Positions 42,881 through 55,787 of a DNA stretch of 64,000 bases are shown here, piece after piece; position 1 is the stretch's first letter; each line of letters starts with the position of its first letter. The notes beneath the pieces were generated by a model, which saw only the letters and a list, made by a program, of their open reading frames with translations, had not been told where the DNA came from and did no database searches. The stretch is from NCBI GenBank assembly GCA_020137815.1, contig CM035354.1, positions 5,518,001-5,582,000 of the forward strand, given 5' to 3'. Position numbers and translations under genes: made by a program. This stretch comes from Hormiphora californensis (taxonomy: Eukaryota; Animalia; Ctenophora).

Positions 42881-43374
42881 AATACCTGATATCGTCCTAG
42901 AGTGAATAATAATGTTCCAGTGGTAATCTTACAGTAGCACAATACCGAAAGAAAGGGGAAAATGGACGACTTCCGTCACGGAGGCAAGACGTTTGAAGAA
43001 AACGAACGCGAAGCAAGGTTTAAAAAAGAAAAGATGAAAATTTTGGCCTGGATCACGGCGCCGCGCATTAAAACAGCGCGCGCCGCGCATAGTGATTTGG
43101 CACCGAACCTGATAACTTTGAGCTCTTTCCAGTTAAACAAGATTGTGTACATTACAAATAGAAACAGTCATATTAGAAAATTTATTAAACTTAAAATTAA
43201 ATCTCACACTAGCTACAAAAGATATTAATACGTCCAAAGATATGTTTTTAGCATTATACTCACAGTCAAACCATTACCAAATCAAACCAAAGTTTGATAC
43301 TGATCTTTAAACGAATTTCTCTGAAAAAAATTCTAATTTTGATGTCCATTTAGATCCTAAACCCAAGTCCCAAA

Positions 43375-46300
43375 TCACTCAATTTTGTATCTGCTCGGTT
43401 TTGAGCCAGTTGACACCACAGGTTGCAACTCAGCTTCTGCTTCTTTTTGATCCAACCGATGTCGGAGGCCCTCGACTTTCTTCTGCATTTGTCCCTTCAG
43501 TTTGGTAGTCCTCATGAGGTCAGCAAATCCTTTAAGGGCCTGCTCCCTCTTGTACAACTCCTTAGCACGCTCCAGTTCAACCCAGGCGGGAATATCGGGT
43601 ATTGCACGTGCAATGATGTACTTGATAGAGAGGAATACATGTTCCATAAATATCACAACCAGAATCTGCTGGCCAACCGTAGCCTCAGGGAACCATCTTC
43701 CAACCTAGGGGAGGAAAATGGAGTAGGGAGGAAGTGGAGCGAGTAGGGAGGGAGGGAAGAGAAGGGGAGGAAGGGACTTGGGGAGAGGGATGAGGAGGGG
43801 AGGGAAGAGGAAGGGAGCGAAGAAGTTGAAATTACTTCTAACAATTTCCTATATCTATCAAGGTGGGAGTGGCAACACAAATTATCACCATATGATTAAG
43901 AGGTAACCCGGAGGGGGCGGGGTAAAAACTATATAATCACCTGTCCACGAATGCCGATAAGAGAGCAGTTAACAATGATCGATATGACACTGAGCACTTC
44001 AAAGGCGTCCGACCAGAACCCAATGTCCTCAACTCTCTTCATGAAGGGTCTCTGGACTCCGTTAACCTGTGGAGAGGGGGTTGATGATGTGCAAGTCAGG
44101 GGGAGGGGCAGGTATGGAAGGGGCTGATGATGTACAAGTCAGGGGGGAGGGAGGGGTATGTTAGTTATTTGCAATTAATGAGGGTGGATTATATCTCCTT
44201 GTATTTTATATACCATTTTGAATGCATCACCACGGATCTCGATGATATTATTGAGGAAAGCCCACACTGCTGCTAGGGGGTACGCAGCAGAAAACAGGAT
44301 CACGTAGCCCATCTAGGCAGAGAGAGAGAGGGTTACACTAGTTTCATCTAGTGATTACATTTGGTAGGTTAATTAATTAGTTATTTAATTAGGTTAATTA
44401 ATTAGTTATTTAACAATTAATTAGTTAATTAGTGTTTTCACCTGTATAAACATCTCCAGATAATCATCAAAAGAACTCTCGTACTCTGGTTTCTCTGACT
44501 CTGTCTCTACTTGAGATAGCTTCACTGGTGACGTTGTCTCTGTTTCCTTTTTTCTTTGTAGAAGGTAGACCTTGACAAGACTGGTGATTGAGGGACCCAG
44601 GATCTCACCTAGATTTCCAACTATCTGTTTTGTGATCAACAATGCGGCTAGCATCTCCTGCAATTTCTGCAGAGGGGGAGAGAGGGAATGAGTTAGTTTC
44701 TAGGTAGAGGAGAGAGAGCTAGAAAGGGAGTTAGTTCCTAGAGGAGGGGCAGGGAGTTAGCTGACTTAGTGACTTAGGGAGTAAGATGGGGAATAATCTC
44801 AGACTGTTTCTTCATTAATTCGCTGTTTTGTTTCCACTATCCCGTGCACCCTCGTTTACAATTTCAGCCCCTGTGCTGCCAACTACTTACCTTGGGCACA
44901 ACCTGTACTAGTTACCTCAAAGTCTTGTAGGTAGAAGGCAATGTAAAAGAGGGCAAGGAAGGAGTTAACAAATTTGAAAAGTATCAATTTGATGACAAGC
45001 CAGTTTTCATAAGTCCTCTGATGCTGATAGTTCTCCCAATCGTTGAGGGCCATGGCAATGTTACTGTACAGAACATCCAGAATGCCAACTGTCACCGGGA
45101 GGAGGATCTTGGGGGTATACTTGATGAACTGTCGGAGGAAATCCGGTACGAAATCTGGAAAATCCCCTTCTTTTGTCATCTGTTGGATGTAGTCGTCAAA
45201 CCTGGGGGAGGGGGAGTTGTACATCATATCTTGGGGGGGAGGTGTACATTATATCTTTGGAGGGGGGGGGGGTTGTAAATCATATCTTGCGAGGAGGATT
45301 GTAAATCATCATAACTACTGTCACTATAATTACCTACATTAAGTTCTGTCTCTATACTATCACTACCCACTACCTGAAAACTGCGAACATGGACACCAGT
45401 ACTACAAGGAGACACGCCAGACTGATCAGTAGGGATACCGCTTGTTTTATCTGCCTCTTGTACGCGGGGTACTGGAGCTCTGCTTGTCCTGTTACAGGGT
45501 GAGTTCCAAGAACCCCTTTAAACTGAGGTCTCTCCACCTCCTGCCTCTCAACCTCCCTACCGAGTGTCCCCCACTGCCAGGCCAACTCAGCGCTACGTCT
45601 GAAATGCGTTGACATGATGTTAGTACAATGTAATTTGATTAGTAACATGTTAAATGCGTTGACATGATGTTAGTACAATGTTTTACTTTAATTAGTAACA
45701 TGTGTAGACAATTGTTGAAACCCTTTTTATTGAGACAGGGTCAAGTAGTAGGCACATATAGAAGTTGTTGTTGTTACCTCTTCCATAGCTCCAGAAATAT
45801 GGTAGGCCACATTACATTGAAGAACGCGTAGAATGTGAAGCACCAGTCAGCGGATTCCACTCTACCATCGTCGTATATCAACTCAATGGTAAATCCGACT
45901 AGCTGAAGGAAACACATATGTGTGATTATAACGGCAGGTGAGTAGAACTTCGCTCCTAATAAAAGGCTGCAATAAAAGGCTGCAGAAAATATATGCATAT
46001 GTGTGATTATAACTACAGGAGACAGCTGTCCTGTCAGAGCATTGGCCTGACCCATTCTCGCTCGCGAGAACTGTGGTCAGAGCATTGGCCTGACAGCAGC
46101 TGTCTGGCGCGAGACAGTGCGCTCAGATGGGGTCCATGGCACCAGACAGCGCGAGACAGGGCGCTCAGATGGGTCCCAGACAGGGACGAATGAATCTCGC
46201 GGTGACACTTACCAAGGGTACAACGAGCATGAAGGTATAAAACCCTAGCCACGCAAAGTAGATGGCTATCTCGTCTCCAAAGTAGTGACGAATCAGGTTT

Positions 46301-49300
46301 AGTGGCTGGTCCCTCCAGCTCCACACCCAAACCCTGTTTAACACGTCTTGCTTACTCTTTTGGTGAAGCGGGTAGATCTATGAGGGGGGGGAGGTATGAT
46401 TTAATACCAGATATATAAAATAAATCTTACTTTCTTTTGTTGTGGTACTCAACAAATATTCTTTGAGACAAAATTGTGGTCAACAACTAAAATATATATG
46501 TTCTCATCGTAAATGGAATGTCTGCAGGTAGAAATTTGTCAATAAGTAATATTTCGAATATTCAGGCATACAACAATCATGAGATAACCGTAGATAAATA
46601 CCTATTGAAAAATACATAAGGAATGCAGCCCCAAATCGTTAAATGAGTATCAAAACGAGAGACATATAAAAAGAAGCCAGTTGAAGTTTTTCAATAATTT
46701 CTACCAAGTATAATAGTACTAAACTGTCTACTATATAGTGCCTATAATAAGGAACCGTCATATCAAAGTAGATTTGCGCAGTTCCGGCCCTAAAGTTTTA
46801 TTTCAATCTAAACTTGTGCCTCAATAGTAACACCGTCAATAGTAACTCTCAATAGTAACACGTCAATAGTAACACCGTCAATAGTAACACCGTCATAGTA
46901 ACACCCAATACCAATATAGAACACCGTCAATAGTAACACCACCGCCTGTAACAACTTTCTCCCCAGGAGTACCGCGCTATGAGACTGTTTATCCTGTGTA
47001 TCCTACTGATTGGAATTACAGAGGGGCTATGGAGAAGGAGACGACGTAGGAGGAGGAGGTCCTGCAGCCCCCAAAACGGTGGATGGAGTGGTTGGGGCTA
47101 CACTTCTAGCTGTGTCTGTAACCATGCTACCGGAACTGGCTACCGCCCAAGAATAAGACACTGCAACAGTCCAGCGCCTTCCTGTGGGGGAGCAAGCTGC
47201 TCTGGTAGCTCAACTGGTAGTGACGACTGCTCCAGCAGCTGCTGTAAAACTGTCAATGGAGGGTGGAGTGGTTGGGGCTACACTTCTAGCTGTGTATGTA
47301 ACCATGCTACCGGAACTGGCTACCGCCCAAGAATAAGACACTGCAACAATCCAGCGCCTTCCTGTTGGGGAGCAAGCTGCTCTGGTAGCTCAACAGGTAG
47401 AGACGACTGCTCCAGCAGCTGCTGTAAAACTGTCAATGGGTGGAGTGGTTGGAGTCCACTTCTCGTGTGTCTGTAACCATGCTACCGGAACTGGCCCCCC
47501 AAGACAAGATCGCAACAGTAGCGCCCTACTGTGTGGGGGCAAGCTGCTCTGGCAGCTCACATAGTAGAGACGACTGCTCCAGCAGCTGCTGTAGAACTAG
47601 ACATGGAGGTTGGAGTGGTTGGAGCTACACTTCTAGCTGTGTCTGTAACCATGCTACCGGAACTGGCTCCCGCCCAAAGACAAGATCCTGCAACAGTCCA
47701 GCGCCCTACTGTGGGGGAGCAAGCTGCTCTGGCAGCTCACATAGTAGAGACGACTGCTCCAGCAGCTGCTGTAGAACTAGACAGGAGGTTGGTGGTTGGA
47801 GCTACACTTCTAGCTGTGTCTGTAACCATGCTACCGGAACTGGGCCCGCCAAGACAAGATCCTGCAAACGTCCAGCGCCTACTGTGGGGGAGCAAGCTGT
47901 TGGCAGCTCACATAGTGAGGACGACTGCTCCCAGCGTGCTGTAGAACTAGACATGGAGGTTGGAGTGGTTGGGGCTACATTCTAGCGTGTGTCTGTAACC
48001 ATGCTACCGGAACTGGCTACCGCCCAAAGACAAGATCCTGCACCAGTCAGCGCCTACTGTGGGGGAGCAAGCTGCTGGTAGCTCAACGTAATGACGACTG
48101 CTCCAGCAGCTGCTCGTAAACTAATACACGGAGGATGGAGTGGTGGGGCACACTTCTAGCTGTGTCTGTACCATGCTACCGGAACTGGCTACCGCCCAAA
48201 GACAAGATCCTGCACCAGTCCAGCGCCCTACTGTGGGGGAGCAAGCTGCTCTGGCAGCTCAACTGATAAAGAAGACTGCTCCAGCAGCTGCTGTAAAACT
48301 GTCAATGGAGGTTGGAGTGGTTGGTTACCATGGGGTAACTGTTCCTGTGATCATACCACGGGAACTGGAACAAAGCTCCGCAACAGGACATGCACCAGCC
48401 CGAGCCCTGCCTGTGGAGGGGAGACCTGCAGTGGGGGCGAGGGAATGGAGACCATGTCCTGTGATGATGAGTGTTGCAGGACCACTCATGGGGGCTGGAC
48501 TGAGTGGGATGAGTGGGCGTGCAACTGTGATTTCGAGACGGAGGAAGGTGTGACGGAACGAGAACGGGAATGTTCTAATCCGACCCCTGTGTGTGGAGGG
48601 AAGACGTGTGAGGGAAGTGCTAGAGAGATACAGTGATAGAAGCTGCCATTGTCCGTTGTAATATCTCCTGTTATACAAGGGGAGAAGAAGAGAGACAGAG
48701 CAGACAACCCCACAACGACATGGTACTATCAAAACATTTTGTTTTAAAAACGAACAATTAACAGTTTTTCGTGATGAATCAAGGAGTCATGTAAAGAGTA
48801 TAAGACTAGTTTACATTTATTGATTTTGAACCTTTTTGCATGTACGGAAATTCGTTTGTGTCCAATTTGAATCAGATAAAATACAAACTGTCCGTTGTTT
48901 ATTTAAGTTACCGTGGTGCTCCGTTATAGCGCACAGTGCGACCAATGCACCAACTGATCACGGAGCACTATGTTCCTGTTAGGCCTAATAAAAAAGACAA
49001 AGGGTAGGTCTCTCCCAATCACCGAGTTTGTTTGGTTACGAAGTTACCCCTTGCCAGCGTGCGCGAAGGTCGCCCGGAGTGTGAGGTGTCTTCGATACCA
49101 ACGAGTTTGTTATGTTCTAACCCTCCTTTACAAATAGTAGGGACGATAGTGTCAGTCGATGTCAGGGATTTTAAAATTTCCCTATTCAAGTGTTCGGGGA
49201 GCCTCTCCTGAGTAAAATGCGACCAATTAGAGCTCCCAATCTTTTCTCGTTCTCTAATTATTCGTGATTATGCTTATTATGACGTCATCAGCAACTACCA

Positions 49301-52300
49301 GAAATCTACATCTTAGGGCTTAAATTTTTATACTAGCTGGTAGGGGACCACTAGATTAGTGGGCAAAAAATTTTTCAGGTCGATCGGAGTTATGGGCGTG
49401 GCGCTATGGCGTTTGAAAGTGTGTAATCCGGTGATGACGTCATCAAGGATTATCAAATTAGGTCAACGCGGGGGGTCGAGACCGGGTGCGTTTGATCGAG
49501 CCTGATAAGCTGATCAAAAATCTGTAGGGGTAGATCAATCCCCCAACTAGGAGCTGAGCTATTAGCGTTTTTCGGTTTTTAGGTCACGTGACTTCGTCAA
49601 AAATCAAAAAAATGCTAATAGCTCGGCTCCTAGTTGGGGGATTGATCTACCCCTACAGATTTTTGATCAGCTTATCAGGCTCGATCAAACGCACCCGGTC
49701 TCAACCCCCCGCGTTGACCTAATTTGATAATCCTTGATGACGTCATCACCGGATTACACACTTTCAAACGCCATAGCGCCACGCCCATAACTCCGATCGA
49801 CCTGAAAAATTTTTTGCCCACTAATCTAGTGGTCCCCTACCAGCTAGTATAAAAATTTAAGCCCTAAGATGTAGATTTCTGGTAGTTGCTGATGACGTCA
49901 TAATAAGCATAATCACGAATAATTAGAGAACGAGAAAAGATTGGGAGCTCTAATTGGTCGCATTTTACTCAGGAGAGGCTCCCCGAACACTTGAATAGGG
50001 AAATTTTAAAATCCCTGACATCGACTGACACTATCGTCCCTACTAAAACACAGTCTAGCTCGGCAATCACCGAGTATGCGCGCATGCGGTGCTTATCACC
50101 GCGCCGACTCTAAGCCCTAAGCCACTCCGTACCGAGGTACTTAAAGTTCAGTAAGAGAATGTGATTTTCCAGCCGAACCAATCTATAACTCGGTCAACTA
50201 AACGGCTTGAATTAGATCCCGAACCGAGATAATTGGAACCCGTTACCCGGGACCTTCTGCTTGAGAAGCGAGTGTGGTAAACCACTACACTGCACCCACC
50301 CTGCTGGTTGAGTAGCACTTATATAAGACCCTCCTCTTCGCACCGGGCCTTCGGCCCGGTTCGGCTACGTGAGGCCGCTTAGCGAGGAGCATCAAGGTTG
50401 CGCGATGTACAGCCAGTGTCTAACAAACAACACCCTGCCCAATAACGTAGTAAAACTGCAAATAAAGTGTACTAAAACTGTAAATATATCTAATTCTCTG
50501 CTGTACCTGCTTGATAATCCCTGCATTCACCAGCCCACAGATAACAGACTCATTTGGATGAAAGGTAAGGGTGGAAACATCAACAGTAGAGTCCGTCCTC
50601 ATGGACTTGATAATTCCGTTAACTATTGCCTGTCTCTCGGCTGCTGAGAGAAAGCCATCGGTACCTTGCCGCGGACAAAACCGTGCCATCTGCAGAGAAG
50701 GGGAGGGGGATATTCAGTGCGGGGGGTGGGGGATCCAGTGGGGGATTTCCAGTGCGAGCGGAGGGGGGGGGGGTAACCTGTCTTGTCCAGTGCTATTACA
50801 CACCGGATTATGATCACTTCCACCCCTCACTATGTCATCAAAAAAATGAATTTATTAGAGAAACACGTAGAGCCGTGTATTTTATTGAACCCAACAACAT
50901 TTTAGGGCAAACACACCCCTCGCCGTTGCCTTGCTCGACCCTGTTTCGCCGCGCCCCGCCCGGGAGCTTGGTGACGCAGTCACCCTTACAACTCGCGTGC
51001 ATAGCGCGCCAAAACGAAGCCCGAAAGCGGGCTGAGTTGTGACGGCGCCACCAACCCGGGAAATCTTTTACAAATGTAAAGGAGGGTTAGAAGATAACCT
51101 CGCCTACCTCGGCCACGTTGAACGGTTTCATGCCATCCCCTTTGTCCGGGTGAACCCTCTTTAACAGTTGCATCTTCTCAGCAGCTTTCAGGAACACGTC
51201 CCCACTCGTTGTAACCTGGATATAGGGTGTGAATTGGGATCCATACATATTCAGTGTGATTAGAGACTAGGGTGTGAGGTGTGATTAGAGACTAGGATGT
51301 GATGTTTGTATTGGGTTTCTTCGACGTGTGAAAGAGCAGTAATCAGTGCAGGCAGTTTGGTTACGAAGTTACCCCTATTATTGCATATAGTGAGCTTTCG
51401 CGGAGGGGTAATTTCATTACCAAGCAGACAGTCATACTGTACAGTAGTCTAAACGCCACGTGCCTTATAGAATATGTCCCCTGAGGATCCCGTCTCAGTT
51501 GTAACGACCAGTGCTGCATCCTCTAGTTGTACCTGCAACCATTCTAGTATCTCAGTAGAAGCAGAGCCTGACAACCTGGGAGGAATTGATATTCGTACAC
51601 TTGTTATAACACGAGCAAGGCAAATACCCATTTATACTTGACATGTTCCTTGTCTGTCAGCCCTCACACTGGCCCGTAGGGCGAGCATAAGCGAGCTGAC
51701 ATGCTGTAATAGGCGCTAAACGTGCCGAACAGACAGACTGCGTAGCATGGCAACTTTATACTCCCCTTACCTGATTGCAACATCACACACTATATCAGGT
51801 ATGACAGGTCCCTCCCCACACCGTTCATTCAACTCCTCTTCGTTAAGAGATGGATCGTTCTCTTTGTCGTGATTCTCCTGAGATATATGACACATTCCAA
51901 TATCAATGTGAACATCAATATGAATATGAGTAACTACAAGTGTGTCCGATCCGAGCAGCGTGAGCGACGTATGACAAGCAATAACCCGTAACCTCAAGAC
52001 ATCAAAACAAACCAGAGCTAACACCATGAAACTCACCAAAACTAACACCATGAAACTCACCAAAACTAACACCATGAAACTCACCAAAACTAACACCATG
52101 AAACTCACCAAAACTAACACCATGAAACTCACCAAAACTAACACCATGAAACTCACCAAAACTAACACCATGAAACTCACCAGAACTAACACCATGAAAC
52201 TCACCAAAACTAACACCATGAAACTCACCAAAACTAACACCATGAAACTCACCAGAACTAACACCATGAAACTCACCAAAACTAACACCATGAAACTCAC

Positions 52301-54110
52301 CAAAACTAACACCATGAAACTCACCAAAACTAACACCATGAAACTCACCAGAACTAACACCATGAAACTCACCAAAACTTCGGAAGTGCTCCTCCTGAAC
52401 TTTCTAATTATCCTCTGAGCGACACCGGGGGTGTTTTCCCCAGTTGGAGTTCCCTCGTTAAACTGGTGATCCAAAAGGCGGTGAGAGGTACCCAGGTGTG
52501 GCGTGTCCGATCTTGCCACAATATCTGATGTACCACTGCAGGTACAGGATGAGGTGGTAGGTGGGAGGTGGTACAGCTTATAAATAACCATCAATTGTTA
52601 GATGTATCAATGAGAAATGTATAACACACAGTTATAACAGGGTATACATTATATTATGTTTATGTGGTGTGTGCATATGTTTTGAATGGTAGGAAGGTCT
52701 CTGAAGACAATAAAAAGGTTTACTTTTTGAAGGAAATGAAATATTAAGAAAGATAAAGGAATTTATCATGTGCAAGGTAAAGAAATTTAATTGTTTAGTT
52801 TAGAAACCAAAACTAAACATAGAATAAGTGAGATAGCTATTCCATACAAGATCGGGGGACAAGATCTGGACAAGATACCACTTCTTTAGTAACACCCCAG
52901 TAACACTAACCTTTGTCGAGTATCGGATCGTGCAAGAGGATCTAGATCTGACATCATCGTAGAGGGGCTGGCTCTTACTACAGGGGGGCTGGCTCTTACA
53001 GTGGGGCTGGCTCTTACAGTGGGGCTGGCTCTTACAGTGGGGCTGTCTCTTGCAGAATTGCTTGGCGGCCTTATTTTCACTGTGGGGTACGCTGTGTTAG
53101 GTTGGATACTGAATGCAGTTATTTAAGGGCAGCTATTTTACGGTTGAGAGGTGTACTATTATACACTTTTAATGAAATAAACGCTGTATAAATAATTATC
53201 CACTTCTAAGAATTGGAAATATCAACTTAGCAAATCATGCCGACCTAGTGCAATGTAAACCAATACAATAAAATGAAGCAGACGACGAAGGAACTTATAT
53301 TACCAACAATAATCGTCTCTAGTAACTATCTAGTACATACTGACCGTTAGGCGGGGGTACTGGTTTATCGTCTGCTGGAGGGGGTTGTTTAAACGCCCCA
53401 AAAACGTCCCAAGAGGGGGTGGTGGGTGGGCTGGCTGTTAGAAGTCTCTCAATGTAGCTCGCCCTCACTGTCAGTTCCCGTAGCTGCTCTCGTCTGTGTC
53501 TCACAACAGGGTCGTCGTTAACCAGACTAGTTAGGACTGCAGTGGTGGTGGCTCGTGCTGTAGTAACTTCCGGCGGGGTGTGCCGGGTTCTCTCTTCCCC
53601 AGAAATCACAGACGTAACAGTAGGCGGTATGGTGGCTAGTGGGATATGTTATAGTCAGTGTGAGCGAGTAACGGCAATCGGAACCGCCAAGTATCGTGAT
53701 GGGTATACATGGAATTAGTTGATGTAATGATATGGGGAATAGAGACTCGGCAACACATAAACTTATTAATCGAATTATGTCATGTGTGTATACATTGTAA
53801 CACTAATTATTCGATGCAATCATTGTAACAAGAATTAATCTGTGCAATCAAAGACGAACTCTCTACATGAGACAGAAAGATCACTACTTCTCTACGATTC
53901 GACACGAACTAGCTCACCGCGGAAAAAGACTGAGTAAAATAATGGACGCTAATGTGTCACACAGCTCAGATTACTTTAATTATTTCTCTCGCCGCCACTC
54001 TCCATCTCTCTCTCTACACAATTATCTACCTCTAGCTTTCCTAAGCTGTCGCTTCTAGTCTCAATCACATAATCACTTTCTGGTTTTTGTTACTTACAGT
54101 TGTTTGCCAT
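43375..54110 (-). CDS. ANO8: Anoctamin (TMEM16), ANO8/ANO10 clade, ~16 coding exons; N-terminal exons and start less certain
   Basis: [89 protein letters not shown]...IPDIP; phase-compatible exons traced to MANNS at 54110. Confidence 0.9.
46979..48636 (+). CDS. Secreted thrombospondin type-1 repeat protein (~9 TSRs) with poly-Arg after the signal peptide; nested antisense in an anoctamin intron; frameshifts in central repeats
   Basis: [27 protein letters not shown] then ~60-aa units GGWSGW..C.C...TG..R.R.CN.PAP.CGG..C.G; 180-bp DNA repeats. Confidence 0.88.
48990..50300 (-). mobile_element. tRNA-derived SINE copy 2, interrupted by nested insertions at 49028-50066
   Basis: Reverse complement of the 22249 SINE; 3' end GTGATTGGGAGAGACC at ~49005-49022 and head at ~50065-50300; duplicated TCACCGAGT at the break. 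Confidence 0.8.
49135..50045. mobile_element. Foldback MITE, ~440-bp near-perfect arms
   Basis: TAGTAGGGACGATAGTGTCAG...CTGACACTATCGTCCCTACTA; centre ~49590. Confidence 0.88.
52012..52378 (-). repeat. 24-bp minisatellite x15, each unit carrying a 5' splice-site consensus
   Basis: Minus-strand unit GTGAGTTTCATGGTGTTAGTTTTG. Confidence 0.95.
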
Positions 54111-55787
54111 ATTTCCCGTCACTGCAGCAGGGGGCGTCGCTTCCTGGCATCTTAAAACATGGCAACCTGCAGGGGATGGTAATTCCATGTTGCAATATCT
54201 ACTAGATACTATCTACTAGATACTATCTATTAGATAGGGAAGCAGCATCAGACAACTAACAATATCACAGAATGTGATTATTGCGGTGCATCATTTTATA
54301 AAGCACACACAAACACACACAAGTGATGGAAAACAATGCATATACCCGCACAATCATATTTAGAACCCCGCATAGACAACGTTTTCTTGAGAAAAAGGTT
54401 CTGAGCAAGTCAAGACTTGTTAAGAACGGGTTCTGAGCAAGTCAAGACTGTTTTAAGGATATATTCTGAGCACGAGCCATCACTACAGGGTGTTATAATA
54501 CCTTAACAAACACTCCTCCCCTGCCTGATCCCCTCCCACACAGCGATATATTCTATGTTGTTATTGTTCTCTCGATCTGTATAACTCACAGCTGGAGAGA
54601 GGGGCCTCTAGAAACACACATGGGACCTGAGAGGGATACAGTGTGTAACTAATCTTGATACTGACTTAAAGAAAGGGGCAGGTAATGGGCTAACATTCCC
54701 TGAACTTACATCATTATCGTGTTCATATAAACATAAACCGAGAGACAGCCAAAGTCAAGGTTCAAATTGTACCAACTAAACAGAGTCAGAGACTGACAAC
54801 TTTTCCCACGCACCCTCTCACCTGCGCGCCACTCTACCAGATCCAGATGTTTGGCGCGTTACGTCTTTGTCTTGAGAAGAGTGTGCCAATGTAGTGTGCC
54901 AGGGGTTTTCAGCGGCCAGGCCGGGACTTTCCAGCGATTCCAAGCTTTGTTATCTATCGTAACCATAGCGATTTGTGTACCTAAACAGGGTAATATCTAA
55001 TGACTAGAAAGCCCATTGTTAAGTCCTACAACAGCCCCCCCCCCCCGTCCCTATGCCCCCCCCCCTCACTCTTCGTCTCTTATGTCGGGGTAAAGAATAC
55101 GGAGGTTGGTAGTGGTAGTGGTAGAGCGCTGGTGATAAACATCAAAGGAAATCCCGATGAATAACATGTAGAATCAGGTGATAAAGATCCGTAGAATTGT
55201 AGCTGTGTAGAGAATCAACGGGGTACGTAGGTAGAAAGGCTTTGGCAATCATGGCGACCCCAGCAGTAGATCCCAAAACACCACAGGAACACGCAACAAA
55301 CAAACAATAACATGCACGTGCAGTATCCCCCAAAACAACCCATACCCCTCCCAGGGCACCTCCTTGGCAACCCCCCTCTATTTGCACGTGTGGATACTAC
55401 ATCACTACTCCTCACGACGTTCATTTGTACTTTATAATATAGATAGTATAACATTTCTGAATGTTCAAAGGAAACGCGAAATATAAGGCTATGTAGGTAC
55501 TAAGATTGTTGTAGGTATTAAAGGTATTCTTCAGGTTAGCATAAAATTATTGATTATAGTGAACAGTTGTTATGTTCTAACCCTCCCTTTACGGGGCTCG
55601 CGAAACAGGGTCTAGCTAGGCAAGTGAACAGTTAGAGTTAGAGTACCAATAAGTTACCAGCCTCGGAGGGAGTAAAAAACTAAAATACAAATTTACTAAA
55701 ACTTAAATAAAGATTAATAACGATTTCAAAGTAACACAATTATTAGCACAGTCATATATCATTGTTCATTCAACATTAGAAAATATC

